DNA of 64,000 nt, taken from positions 3,596,001-3,660,000 of the forward strand of contig OZ287752.1 in the NCBI GenBank assembly GCA_965649765.1. Reading direction: 5' to 3'. The notes under the pieces are model-generated. The model was given only the letters and a program-made list of their open reading frames with translations, searched no databases and was not told where the DNA came from. How positions within the stretch are numbered: position 1 is the stretch's first letter; each line of letters opens with the position of its first letter. The position numbers were made by a program, and so were the translations under genes. Positions 24,951-38,421 of this stretch are shown here, piece by piece. This stretch comes from Bispira polyomma. Its lineage: Eukaryota.

Positions 24951-25329
24951 CCAATACCCCTCTTAGTGGTTAGTTTTAAATGGCAGTGGTTCAGATGTTT
25001 GCAAGTCATATAATTATATTCGAAGTCATTATGATTTATTTGATGGTAGATGCAATCCAGTATTGATTTCTCATTGTGTAAGTAAAACTGCAGTATATGA
25101 TAATGTTGATAATGATGATATTTTAGATATTGAGAATATTAAATGTTTACTATATATGAGACATAGATACAGGAGTAAGTTTAATTGTGCATTCACATTT
25201 AGTGACTACAATTCCTTGTTAGAATATTTTTGTATAAAAATTGGTAATTTATATGATAGGGTTGTATTGCTTATTGCAATTCTTTTTTAAAGAATAAATA
25301 AACAAATGAAATACAATAAAATACAAATA

Positions 25330-26120
25330 CTGAAAGGTAACAAGCCTAGAGACCAAATGAAGAATTGAAGACTGATTTCCTTGATTAGTGTGTTTACAAA
25401 TTAGCTTTAAGTGCAATAGCATCATTAATTAAAGAAGTCTTACCAAAATTTATATAAAAAACCCAGGCAGACTGTATCAAAATCATTGTATATATTTATT
25501 GGAAATTTATTTATTTATTGGAAAAGTCATGGAACCTAAGAAAAAGTAAACTATATTTATAAATGTATTAACTTGCCATTATTTGTATCTATATGTGTAT
25601 ATATATATATGCGTGGGTATGTATTCTGAGAATAGTACCTAGTACTGTAAAATATATCATGTATTGTGTATAAAGTATGAATTTAGAACAGATTTTACAT
25701 TGTATTTATATATTTACACACTTGTGTTAGTTAATGTTTAGAGTGACATATAAGCCCAATGGTGGGCTGGAGTGTATTATTTTAATGCTTGTTGTATTTC
25801 TGTAAATTAGACACATGTTAATATAATATAATAAATGAATAAAATAAAAAAAAAATTATCAAAAGCAGATTGCCAGTACAAAATGTCTATGAAATCTTCG
25901 AAAGAATTGTTTTTGAGATGGGAAGCCAGATAAAGTAAAACGTCCATATGACACTCAGGTCTATACCCAGGTTGGTATGAAAATGATTAACATTGAATAC
26001 TTTATTAAATCTCTGAAATGTGCTTGGATTAGAAGGCTCAATATGTCACTAGAGTGTGACTGGGCAAAATTATTTCAGCTAAATTACATGTCTTATAAAG
26101 AAATTACTGGATTTTCCTTT
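25330..26120 (+). mobile_element. Tx1/L1 ORF2 fragments
   Basis: KGNKPRDQMKN*RLISL near 25335 and MKMINIEYFIKSLKCAWIRRL at 25977, similar to 46230. Confidence 0.65.
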
Positions 26121-26703
26121 GTGTACTTGGCTGTAGGCCCGTGGCATAACAATGCCTTCAGAACGGGTTTCTTCCACCATTACATCTAGCCGTCGCTACA
26201 TATGACTTAAGCTGTTGAAAGCGATGTAAAATCCAACTATATTCATCTGAATTGACAGAAAGACAATATTGCCATCAATTGATAGTAATGTTATGTTGAT
26301 GTTTTACTTTTATAGCGCCACAATTGATGACCAGGCATCCTTTGGGGCGCACGTCCCAGTCAATATGCCAACAAATAGTCTGACGGGAGAAAAGGTTTGT
26401 GATCACAAATGCTAAAGTAGAAAAGCTGGTTGATACAGATGTGTTTTGAGTTTTTTTACAGAAGCCTATGATCTTGTCTCACTCTGAAGACTAACAGGGA
26501 GACTATTCCACTTAGCAGGGAGACTATTCCACTTAGCAGGTGCTGCGACTTTAAATTATTTAGAACCTGCTAGTTTCTTCGGTAAGTCAGTGAGTGAGTT
26601 TGCTAAGAGATAACACAGTTGATAAGTAGGTTGGCTGGTACACACAGACGGTCTTAAAAATTAGGATATTTACTTTGAAATTTATGCGGAACCTGGTAGC
26701 CAG

Positions 26704-26745
26704 CATAGTTTTTGAAGCAGAGGCATCTCTGCTTCAAAAACTATG
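26704..26745. repeat. Perfect hairpin, 19-bp stem, 4-nt loop
   Basis: catagtttttgaagcagag-gcat-ctctgcttcaaaaactatg. Confidence 0.9.
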
Positions 26746-27266
26746 TAATAACTGTGTAACTGTAATTTCACATTTATAGATCATTTTACATTTTTATTGA
26801 GTGTTCTAAAGGTGATAATAAATGTGTCTCAACCTGTTGGTTCTTAGAACTAAATGGTAGTAGTTTAAGCCTATGTAATAATATAAATATACTAAGTTAT
26901 AAATATAACCTCAAGAAGGATCAGTTAGGTTTTGTTGATTTAAATTCAGTTATTTAAATTAACTAATTTAAGCTCTCAAATGTTAGAGATTCAAAAAGCA
27001 TTATGTTTACTTTGAGATAAATGAAATGATCTCCTGTTTCCGTACCAAATAATAATAATGTTTAGTCATCAGATGGTTCCTTCTGTTTAAATTGTAATTT
27101 GTTTCTGTAAATTTTTTAAAAATTATTTCTCTACTTCTCTGTTCAAATTGTGAATTGTGTTTATCAATTCTTTTTTTTTCTGTATCATGTTTCATGTATA
27201 CGAGGATAAAGATGATTATTATTATAAATGGTGAATGATGCTGTTTAGCAACCCTGTGGTCCTCAC

Positions 27267-27493
27267 CAGTTCTGTTGGTATGGGATGGTCAGTCCCATTG
27301 CCTCCAGGTTGCTACGGCCCAGCAGGAGGAAGAAGGAGGTCACAGCATCAACCACACTCAGATTGAGTACAAATCTTTGAGATTCGCCCATGATGCCAGG
27401 ATTCTTCAGCATGATTATAATGGACAACAAATTGCCACCAAATCCTATCAGCCCAATGCTTGTGAACAGTGCAAGTTTCCAATAGACTGCCAT
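27267..27493 (-). CDS. Rhodopsin-class GPCR, first visible coding exon (TM1-TM2); spliced CDS 1296 nt = 431 aa, galanin/allatostatin-A-receptor-like
   Basis: TM1 GLIGFGGN, TM2 LNLSVVD; donor AACTG|GTGAGG at 27266; phase-2 TG+G=Trp joins the 2923 exon in frame; subfamily label from general motif resemblance only. Confidence 0.85.
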
Positions 27494-30222
27494 TTTGCAC
27501 AGATGTTTGTTTGCAGTTGTCTGAAATCAATATACAGGTATATACTCTGTGGTATATAATACGATCTTGACAAAGAGAGGGAAACTTCATTTAAAGGTGG
27601 GGGTACCTATATATATTGGGTTTGAGGAACCATTGCCGGGAATGGATGAAAATGTGTTGGGTAATAGATTACAGATAGCTGGAGTAACTAAATACAGCCA
27701 CCGCACACTACTTATGGCATTCAATAACAGCCTCACAAGACAAATTTAAACAAAAGAGTCTGCTGTACTGACAATTTTTTGTAACTAAAGTAACCGACGG
27801 CTGTAACTGATGCCTTGCCGACAGACATAGGTTCCGGCGATAGTTTTCTCTTTGGGTCAAAAGGCTTTAGGAGGAAAAGCCGAAGGGTATCAGTTTACAT
27901 TAGACAATTTCAAATAAACTTAGAAATATTAAATATCTTTAAAGAACTTTTGCTAAGACTTTTTTTTCAATTATTGATGCTATTTTAAAGCTAATTTATA
28001 AACACAATAATTGAGGAAATCGCTCTTCAATTCTTCAGGCTTGTCACCTTTAGGTATTTGCATTGTATTGTATTTTAGATTTTTAATACACCTTATTGAT
28101 GTGAGGCATCTTTTAAAGAGATTAATGTCAGAGCAGGGCAGATTTTTACAACGATTCTATATTCCCAACTACACATTTTTTTCACTAATTTAACGAAAAA
28201 GAGAGAAAATATCTTTCTCTGTCTCCCTATACTCACCCCTACTATTATCATTACCTCAGAAAGTACACTTTTAATAGCATGTTGACAAGGAAACTAGCTA
28301 TAAATATGAGTTGTCTTTAAAAAAATATACAGGCGAACAGTGGGAGAAATATTATTCTGACACCCCCTCAGTTTGGCCAGGTCGATTGCTTCCAATCAAT
28401 TCAGGAAGGCCTTACATATTATTTCCAACATGGCCATGCCTTTTTCAGAATGAAGACAATATCAAGTTGTGTCTGACAAAAATACTTAAAAACAGCTTTG
28501 TGACTGTGACTGATTCATGTAAGGTATGCAATGAATCATTTCTATAGTACCAAATTGATGTCAAATTGATAAGGTGCACCATCTATGGAGTTAACCGTCA
28601 GAACAGTACAGGTACATAATCGGGCTCGAAACGAAGGATGTGGAGTGTGTGCTGTGCAGCTAGCAGCCAATGGCATTTGTTACTCCCAGAGCCTATGGCA
28701 ATTAGTCGACACAACAAAAAATATCATTTTATTATTCTTCAGTTTCTCACAATAGAAACATCGTTAGTAAACAGCATATTTCAACTTCCCAGTTTTAAAA
28801 TATTATATATGACGCTGTTATTGAATGCCGGAAGTATAGTCTGTGTGGTGTTTAGTGACTCCAGCTTTCTGTAACCTATTATTCGAAAGTGACCTTTAGT
28901 TCCCGGCGATAGAATTCTCTTGAGGTCAAAGGGGTAAGGAAGAAAAGGCGACCTTAAAAAAGGTACGACTTTAGGTCTCTTCTGAATGCGCTTTGGCTTC
29001 ACGGATATTAGTAGGAAGCTTGTTTCATTTACTTGTGGCTGTGTTATTTAAGCAAGCACAACCATAAAGGGTCTGCTACTTCAGTTTTCACGAATTAGAA
29101 ATTATTATATAGCTACCTTAACCCCTGGGGGACGAGTCGACCAATACTTCACTCTGTCAATCCACCCATACAGACAATCATTCCCTTTGTGTCGGGGGAA
29201 CAATACTTTCCCACCTTTTTAAGGTACCATATTGAAACGTGCTTCTGAATGAACAACACCACGAAAATTCTCAAACCTATCGTTTTACTATATCTTCATC
29301 ACTTCACACACTACAACACATTTTCCACCAATTCCTTATGCTTAAGTCACATTTGAGAGAACTGTTGAAATAACCTTTTTCAGGCAGGTTTATCCTCCTT
29401 AAAGTTATCTCTCTCAGTAGACACTCCACACTTTCCTTATGAACTCAATCTTGTATATGGACTCTGCTATTGACTAACTCTATGGATTGGTGGTCTGAAC
29501 TGGGATTCCTGGACATCAAATACAATTCTTGTTGGTGCTATATAGACATTGCTCATTACATACCATACAACTAAACACATTTCTACAAAAAGTGATATCA
29601 AGATTATCCAAATATCTATTGTCCAAAAATTCTTAAATATATAAACATTTTTCGTGTTGATCTTTTTGCTATTGATCTTTTTTCCACATGAGGCACTCTA
29701 TAAACATCAATTTTACACTTAATAAGTCAATTCAGCATTTCGAGAGCGCATGTATAAAAAGCTGTGTGTGTGCTTCGGTTCGAGATAAACAGACCACTCA
29801 AAGATAACTGAAACAAATCACAAAATCACATTTTGTCAAATTGATTGTTTTGACGTACAAAAATTATAAAAATGAATTTATAATCAAGAAGCTCTCATCC
29901 AAACCTTTCTGTAGAGATACCAAGATTGCCTATATTATATTATTAAGTAGAATGAAATTGCCGATATTTTGCGCGATTTGGAAATACTCTGTCGTCACCA
30001 CTCACACATGCCATTATTTATCCTGAGTTAGACATGCACACTAAAATGCTAAATAGGCTTATTAAGTTAACAAATATTTGCACAGGAGTTACACAAATAG
30101 TCTGAGCTGGAATATTTCTATTATTGAGAATATATAGGTCAAGAACACCTCTTTTTAGCATATACTGTGACTTTCCTCTTTTTTGTTACTCTATGTTACT
30201 TATTTGTATGGTTTAAACATTA

Positions 30223-30446
30223 GAGTAAGGAATCTAAAATTGGCCACTGTATCTGAAATTGGCCACCTAGAAAATCTTGTGTTTTTGGAATAATTGTGCG
30301 TAATATTTGCTAAAATTGAGATTTTTCTGACTATTTTGCCTTACTTACCCACATTCCAGTTATTGTTTGCCAGTTTTTATTGATTCAGCATTAATTTTAG
30401 GGGTGGCCAATTTCAGATACAGTGGCCAATTTTAGATTCCTTACTC
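30223..30446. mobile_element. Tc1/mariner/pogo-type MITE
   Basis: ~45-bp TIRs gagtaaggaatctaaaattggccactgtatctgaaattggccacc / reverse complement, flanked by TA on both sides. Confidence 0.85.
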
Positions 30447-31929
30447 TACACAATTTCACCTTTCTAATTTTTTACTTTTTACCTATATTTTAACTTACAC
30501 CCTGTAACTAATTTGTAAAGTACTTTAAGCTTTTAAAGAGGTAAAGTGCTGTACAAATATTACATAATAAATAAATACACAAGCAGTATTACAAATGTCA
30601 GTTTACTTACCTATATATCCCCTTGAACATGTACTGATTTACTTCTCACTTCCCTCCCGTAAGATATACACACTGTGACATATTGCGCTCACTCACCCAG
30701 TGAAAAGCTAATAAACAACCAATCATAAATTACCCCCTAAGTAATCAGGTAAAAGAAGTAACAAGAGATATCATACTAACAACTCCTGCCCCCCCCCACC
30801 TGCCCCCCCCCCCCCCCCCACCCACCACCACCACCACACACTCTCAGTCTTCACCAGGTGCCATTTTTACCCTCTGTGACATCACAAATATGGCACGTCA
30901 ATTTGAATGGACGACCTCACATGTTGGGCCAGTTTTGTGGACAATACTCACTCACAGTATCATAAGTATCACTACGATGCAAACATGTACAAAATACAAC
31001 TTTATCATGCTACATAGGACAATATCTCATATGTGAGTTATTAGTCCACTGTGTTATGCCAACTTTTATATATGTATTACTCAATTACCATATATGGTAT
31101 TAAATGAACATTACAACATTGTGCAGTACCTGTACTCACATATTAAAATTACAAACACATAATAATCTATATAATTATGGTCCTGAAAAGTTATTTTACT
31201 GTATCACTTTGTCGAGCAAGAACACTTTAGGGATCTGCTGGGTCCGTTCACCATCCCACAGAAAGAACCTTTTTTATAAAGCCATTCTTGTTCCTGATCT
31301 CCCATTTTCCGCTCTCTTTCATCCAGCCAATCACTAATTAACACCCCTCTTAATTAGCTTGTGGGTCCCCACTTTTGGACACCATATTGAAAATAGTGTT
31401 GGAATGACAAATACTGGAAATACATTTTGGTCCCACCTCCAACCCCTTTTTTCCTCCATTTTAAGGATTTTCTATTACTATATATATATTTTACATACTT
31501 CGTCAGCAGGAACTGGAACCCCGGGCCGTGTGGCGGCAGGTTCGATCTTTCACTCTTCCTCTGAGCCCAACTATAGTGGCCAGGGTGGAATAGGGGATGG
31601 GAGACCGAATGCCCCTCTGTTAGGTGACTAGGTATCGTAGGTCAGGGGTTTTTCACAGTCTTTCTGTTTCAAATGGGAATAAGATGGGAATTACTACAAA
31701 TGCGGTTAGTTAGAACAATGTTGGGGCCGCAGGCCTTGGAAATCTGGCTAGTCCTTGTGAAACCATGTGTTGGGTTCAAGTATTAACAATTTAATGTCAA
31801 CTTGTCCGCTGCTGTGGACTTCCTATTATACACTAATAGTGTATTCTTGGTTATTTTATAACGTAACTTTTAATGTAACGGGCTAGTCCCATAATTTGTT
31901 TTAAACTTGTATCTACATCCATTGGGATT

Positions 31930-32490
31930 GTTTACTATTCTGTACTATGCTTGTATACTATTCTGTACTATGCTTTTATACTATTCTGTACTATGTATTG
32001 TATGCTATTCTGTACTACATTTGTATACTACTCTGTACTATGTTTGTATACTTCTCTGTACTATGTATTGTATACTATTCTGTACTATGCTTGTGTACTA
32101 TTTTGTACTATGTATTGTATACTACTCTGTAATATGTTTGTATACTTCTCTGTACTATGTATTGCATACTATTCTGTACTATGCTTGTATACTATTCTGT
32201 ACTATATTTGTATACTACTCTGTACTATGTTTATATACTATTCTGTACTATGCTTGTATACTATTCTGTACAATGCTTGTATACTATTCTGTACTCTGTA
32301 TTGTATAATATTTTGTACTATGTTTATATACTACTCTGTACTATGTTTGTATACTATTCTGTACTATGTATTGTATACTATTCTGTGCTATGTTTGTATA
32401 CTACTCTGTACTATGTTTGTATACTATTCTGTACTATGTTTGTATACTATTTTGTACTATGTTTGTATACTATTTTGTACTATGTATTGG
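31930..32490. repeat. Minisatellite, 23-24-bp unit, ~24 copies
   Basis: tactattctgtactatgtttgta and variants; generates spurious Tyr/Cys/Leu-rich ORFs. Confidence 0.92.
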
Positions 32491-33491
32491 GTGCATTTAA
32501 AATCTTAGTCATTTCTTACAATTTTAAATATTTTACCTCATTATTGTGATATTGTACATAGATATGATAACCTGTACAAAAATAAACTCCAAAACAGAAT
32601 TCTTATTACTTGTTCTTCACCTCAACGGATTAACTTTACCACATAGGGAACTTGGAGTAAATCAAAGGTAAAAAAAGTAGATTAATTTTCTGTTACCATC
32701 CCCCCCCCACACACACACACGCACATACAATGACACATTAAATTACCAAATGGTTTGAACAGTCTACCTGTGTTAAAGGAGACAAAGAATGAGTTCTATT
32801 ATGAACTTCTACTAAACACAAAACTAAAACCCGGCTGATTCGTTTGTGGGATTGGTAGACGTGTTTGTCTCCGCTCAAATTACAATTCATTATTGTACAA
32901 AGCGCCACAAAAGGTAAAGGAAGACCTCAATGTTGATTGCCCCTTCAATGACCTAATTAAACCAAGTTAATAGATAGCCTATTTTGTGTTATACAACAAA
33001 TGTAATAGGTGTTGCGGAATTAAAGTAGCAAACCGTGTCAGTCTTAGAGAAAGCTTAAAAAACATAAAATTAAACACAAGTGGCCTTGCTATTTTCGTAT
33101 CAATATTAGTTTTTGGGTTTCAATGGTTAAAGTGGAAGGTCACCCCTAGGTTGGCCTGTATGTACTGCACATAACTAGACCACAAGGTGTCTGCAAAGCT
33201 TGAGATATTAAATCACATGGTGGCTGTCTACCCATTTCTTGCATACAGCTAGGCCTTCTGATACTGAGGCTGTGAGTTGTTAAAGCACATGGGGGTTTGC
33301 TGAAATCAATGTGCATAAATACCTCCGCACTTGGGGTTCAAAGTCAGTTGGAAGTTTAGAGGGCTGAGCGCCATATTGGAAAATTGGACTCCTGTCTGCT
33401 AGACTACATAGGAAATTCAATTTTAGTTAGAATTAGAATTACCTTTTTAAATTCCTAACAGTCAAGCCGGCAAAAGTCCTTCCAGAGTCAA

Positions 33492-34502
33492 GTGTTTTAC
33501 AAAATGGGGCCTAAACCGGGAGTTAACAAGAACAGTAAAAGTACGAATAAAAGTACTGTTGAAAGAAGTGAAAATATTGTACCAGACACTGATATTGTTA
33601 CTAATAATATGGAGGGTGAAGAAGCTGAGATAACAAATACGCACAGTAAGTCCATGTCGGACAAATTAACTGAACTGTTAATGGTGGTGAAAGGTATGGG
33701 TGTGCAATTAAATAATCAGGATGAACTGTTGAAAAAACAAGAGGACAGAGTGAGTTTAAATGAAATTTCGGTGCTTCCATCGGCCCAAAGTTCACCAAAG
33801 GCTATGGGTCAGAAAACAGCTGTTCCAGAGAGTGCAATTCCAAAGCTACCCTCTTTTGAAGTCCTCAAAAGTGACTCCCGTATCCAAGCCGAAGTTCAGA
33901 AGAGATTGCGTGATTATGAAGGAGCTTCACGTCTCGACTATAAAGGTAAAAATACTTCCACTTTAAAATCTGGCCAGTATAGAGCGGGTGTACATAAAGT
34001 AAAAGTCCAGGTCACATGGCCCCAAGATTATTACACCGTCGCTCATACCAACAAACAACTGACATATAACGAAATGTCTCCCATACAATGGGCACAGGGG
34101 TTGCTTTGTTGCTCGTTAGAGGAATGTGATCTTGAGAAAAGGCAGGTTATGCTTAATTACCACGTTACCTTAATGCAAGACACTGTCGAGTTGGGATTAG
34201 AAGCAGCTAAGAAAGCGCATGCTGCAGTACTTCAAGAAATAGAAAAAGGCCGGGTCACATGGGACAAAATCGAACTGATAGAAAAAATCAGAGCTAGAAA
34301 TGCCCAAAGGGTCCCCTATAACGGTGGTACAGGTAGTAGTGAAAACAGGAACACAGAAAGTCGTGTCTGCTCCTTTTTTAATAAGGGTACCTGTAAGCTA
34401 GACAAGGACCACGTGCCCAAAGGTTTCAAATATGAGCACTACTGCAAGTATGTGCGAATGAAAAATGATAGTAAGGGACAGAAAACTGAGCAGCGAGTTT
34501 AA
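33492..34502 (+). CDS. Ngaro-type gag-like ORF1 with C-terminal Cys/His finger
   Basis: LKSG.YR..., WPQD, YNEMS..QW..G, CSFFNKGTC....H...HYC; likely ATG at 33504. Confidence 0.75.
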   Translation: MFYKMGPKPGVNKNSKSTNKSTVERSENIVPDTDIVTNNMEGEEAEITNTHSKSMSDKLTELLMVVKGMGVQLNNQDELLKKQEDRVSLNEISVLPSAQSSPKAMGQKTAVPESAIPKLPSFEVLKSDSRIQAEVQKRLRDYEGASRLDYKGKNTSTLKSGQYRAGVHKVKVQVTWPQDYYTVAHTNKQLTYNEMSPIQWAQGLLCCSLEECDLEKRQVMLNYHVTLMQDTVELGLEAAKKAHAAVLQEIEKGRVTWDKIELIEKIRARNAQRVPYNGGTGSSENRNTESRVCSFFNKGTCKLDKDHVPKGFKYEHYCKYVRMKNDSKGQKTEQRV

Positions 34503-36539
34503 CCCTATTAGTTGTAATGTGTCTAAAGTCAACAACGGCGGGAAATATTATAATAACCTTGGCCTAAATTACGACACAATTATTGTAAAGATAAATCATC
34601 ATAAGGAAGGTATTTGTAATAAAACTAAATTAAATCCACGTGCAAAAATTTTTAGACAAGAAATTTGTAATACTGATAGTAAATGGTTACAACATGATAC
34701 TCGTTCTAATAGTATGTATGTTTATACCAAATCATGTAATAATATGCCTAAAAATAGATTGAATGAAGGTGTTAGAAATTATAAAATCACCTTGAACCCG
34801 TTGGCCAGCGAGTTTAGCCCAAAACAAGGTGCTCGTGTTAAAAAACATGACCATGGTATCAGTTATAACAAAGACCCTAATATGGGTAATATGGGAAACC
34901 AATTGAACCCGTTGGCCACTGTGTTTATGTACAAAAGTCTTGATACAGAAAAAACGTCTTCCCGGTGCAAAGTACTAGCTGAAAAAATAGAATATTTTTA
35001 ATAGTCCTAAAACAAATGTTGATAGACTTAGTGACAACTTAGTAATGAATAAAAATGTATCGAGCTCTTATAACAGAGTTTATGGGAGCGATGTTAATTT
35101 ATTAATGTCACAATAATTCTAGCAATAGTGTTTATTGTGTGACTAGTCGCATAGTTAGTACAAGTGACAGAAATAGTTATACTTTTGTTAAAGCTAGTAA
35201 TGTATCTGTCAGTGTAAGTAACAATAACACTAGTATGGCCAATATAACTGTAGATTCTAATGACCTGAACACCCTGTCGTCGTTGGTCCATAGGTCCAGT
35301 TATCTAATTATGTGTATATTAGAACACGTTGCACTAAATTGCTGTCAGGTAAGTTCTAGATACTGCAACAATAATAAGTACCTTGACCCTTGTTCAACAC
35401 TTGAATCGTCTCTTGAAATTACACAAGGGGTAAAGGACTCATGGGGTGGTGGTGAAACTTGTTTTGACAGCAGGTGTTCAGAGAAGAATATAAACAGTGG
35501 TAGATGTAAAACAAAAATGGAACACCATAGTGTACTATCATACTATAATAGCAGTGTAAATAAAATATGGCAGGATGCTATGTGTAAAAACACATGTGAA
35601 CATGTTCACATTCAGAATGGCAGTCACCTTAACAGAAAAGTCCATAATGTACACACGTTGGCTAATCATAACGTGAACATGTATATGGACTGGACTGTAG
35701 ATCAGTATGGTGAAAATCATAATGGACACACGGGTAACACTGGTAGTCATATAAATAAGACACACAGTGATAGTATGGATTCAGTACAAGACGTTAATAA
35801 TACTTCCTTAATGGAGTACTATAATGGCCTCAGCCCTAGTGAACTTTCAACTACTTCACTTTGCAATTACACAGAACTGAATGGTTCTTTTTATATAAAG
35901 TTAGCTCTTAGTGATAGTTTTATGAACAACATAGTAATATTAATGAGACCAGAAGGTCTAATACGGGACATTACAATTCTGATGACTATATTAATAAAGC
36001 CTTTACTAATAACGAGTTAAGGCAGAATGAACTCGTTACTTATGATTTGATTTTATCTGATATTACAAATGATGTATTATACGCTCATTTTAGTCCCAGT
36101 TTCAACACTGGTGATAATTTTAATTGTCAATATGCCAGCTTTTATAAAACTTTCGAATGTTTGGCATATTTTCAATTACAGTCCATGATTCACATGCATG
36201 CTACTTATACAGAAGATAGTAGTATTATTTATGAATTCGGACATACTTCATATATGCATGACAGCATGGCAATGAAGGTTGGTAATAACCACCATTCTAA
36301 TACAGTTGGTTCTTATATAGAAGATACAAGTTATAAATAATTTGATGAAAAATCAAATATGATTAAATTAGTCATACAAAATTATACTTTTAACAATACC
36401 ACTAAAGAAGATAGTTATGATTTTAATAAAGTTAAAGCTACCAGCTGGTTTATTGAAAAAAAAGGGAGATGGTGACTGAACCCTGTGACTTTGTGTTTCT
36501 CTCTCATGCTCCTCTTCCAAAAAGTTTGAATTTACTACT

Positions 36540-38205
36540 ATATTCGAGCCAACAGTAACGTGGTTAAATACAATTCACAATGCAGTTAAAAGTAAGGGTG
36601 TACCCAACTACAGGGGAGCAAGAATTACAGTTCCCTCTGGCCTTAAGATTCCAGCTTGGAGGCAGATGCTAAAGGGCTACCAACTCGAAATATTGGGAGA
36701 ATATATACAATTTGGCTTCCCTTTAAATATTGATTATGATACATTTGTTTTTAATTCTTCTGTGGCTAATCATAAGTCGGCTTTATACAATCCTAAAGGG
36801 GTAAACGAATACTTTGAGGTAGAGGTAAAACATAGGGCTATGATTGGACCCATTAAAGGTAAACCTTTCGAAAATACACACTTTTCTCCACTCATGGCTA
36901 GGCCTAAGCCAGATGGAGGTACCAGGGTAATAGTGGACCTGTCATGGCCTTTAGGCCAGGGTGTAAATAGTTGTGTCCCCATAGATGTATATGATAATAT
37001 ACCTTTCACTTTAAAATATCCTACTATTGACCAAGTGGTTGAAAAAATTCGAATGTATGGTCCTACAGTGTTATTATATAAAATTGATCTCCAGAGAGCT
37101 TTTAGAAATTTAAGAATTGATCCATACGACTATCCTGTATTGGGCCTACAATGGCAAGATAATACTTATATCAATATAGGGTTACCCTTCGGGTTTCGTA
37201 TGGGCGCGGCTGCTTGCCAGTTATGTACTGACGCTGTAACGTCAATGTTGCGTCAACGTAACGTCTGGATAATGAATTATTTAGATGATTTTATTGGGGT
37301 CGCTCCTCCCCACGTAGCTAACTCACAATTCTTATCAGCAAAAAATTTGCTCACGGAATTAGGCCTTCCTATTAATAGTACAAAGCTGGAATCTCCAGCT
37401 CCTGAAATTAATTGGGTATAAATATCAATGCCAGTACAGGTACGTTAACTATTCCTAGTCAGAAAATTAAAGAAGTAAAAGAGTTACAGTAAAAGAGAAA
37501 TTGGCTTAGTAAAACCACTGCTACTAGAAACCAATTGCAGAGGCTGACTGGAAAGCTCCTTTATATACATCGATGTGTGCGACCAGCACGTATCTTCATT
37601 AATCGTATTTTGCAGGTTTTACGTACTGCTCCTATGAGAGGAAGTATTAAACTACCGGAAATGTTTTTTAAGGATATCCAATGGTTTAACCAATTTCTGG
37701 AGATTTTTAATGGGGTAATGGAAATACATACTAAAAATACCATTAATCATGTAGTATATGTAGATGCTTCATTGGAGAAAGTGGGTTGTTATTTTAATGG
37801 ACAAGTGTATAGTGCAGATATCCCCATGTCAGTTAAAAACTATAGATCTATTGTCCACTTTGAGGCAGCTAATACTTTATTGGCTCTCAAGCTATGGCCT
37901 CATGAATGGCAGAATACTAAAGTTACACTGTGGTGTGACAACCTTGCTGTGGTCCAGGTATTTACCTCAAAAAAGGCTAAAGATCCATGGCTTATGGCCT
38001 GCCTTCGTACAACTTGGTATTATGTAGCTGCACACAATATTGAATTGCAGGTGCTACATATACCAGGAGTCGATAATATCTATGCAGACATTTTGTCTAG
38101 GTGGCATGTTTATCAAGATGTCAATATTTAAACAGTTAATTACCTAAAGAATAAATGTACTTGGTTACCTATACATGGCGACATGTTAATGCCAAATTTT
38201 TATAT
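36540..38205 (+). pseudogene. Ngaro-type RT and RNase H (frameshifted)
   Basis: GVPNYRGAR, FGFPL, NHKSA, RVIVDLSWP, KIDLQRAFR, LPFG, NYLDDF; VYVDAS, HFEAAN, WCDN, ADILSRW. Confidence 0.92.
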
Positions 38206-38421
38206 ATAGTGTCATTATAATGAAATAAATTATGTAATAATTGCTCAAAGATCACAGCATAAGTATATGTATATGCATTTATAAATTACAAAGATTCCTC
38301 TAACATAGACCAGAATATGAATGTGGAAGATTTATAGTCTCATTAAAGCCCAAAATACATGTCATATGACATGCTAGAGCATAGTACTGCGTTGCTTTGT
38401 AATATGTTTCTAGGCAAATCA

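Noticed and set aside
31907-32549. Tyr/Cys/Leu-rich membrane protein ORFs
   Set aside because: Open in several frames purely because of the 23-24-bp minisatellite
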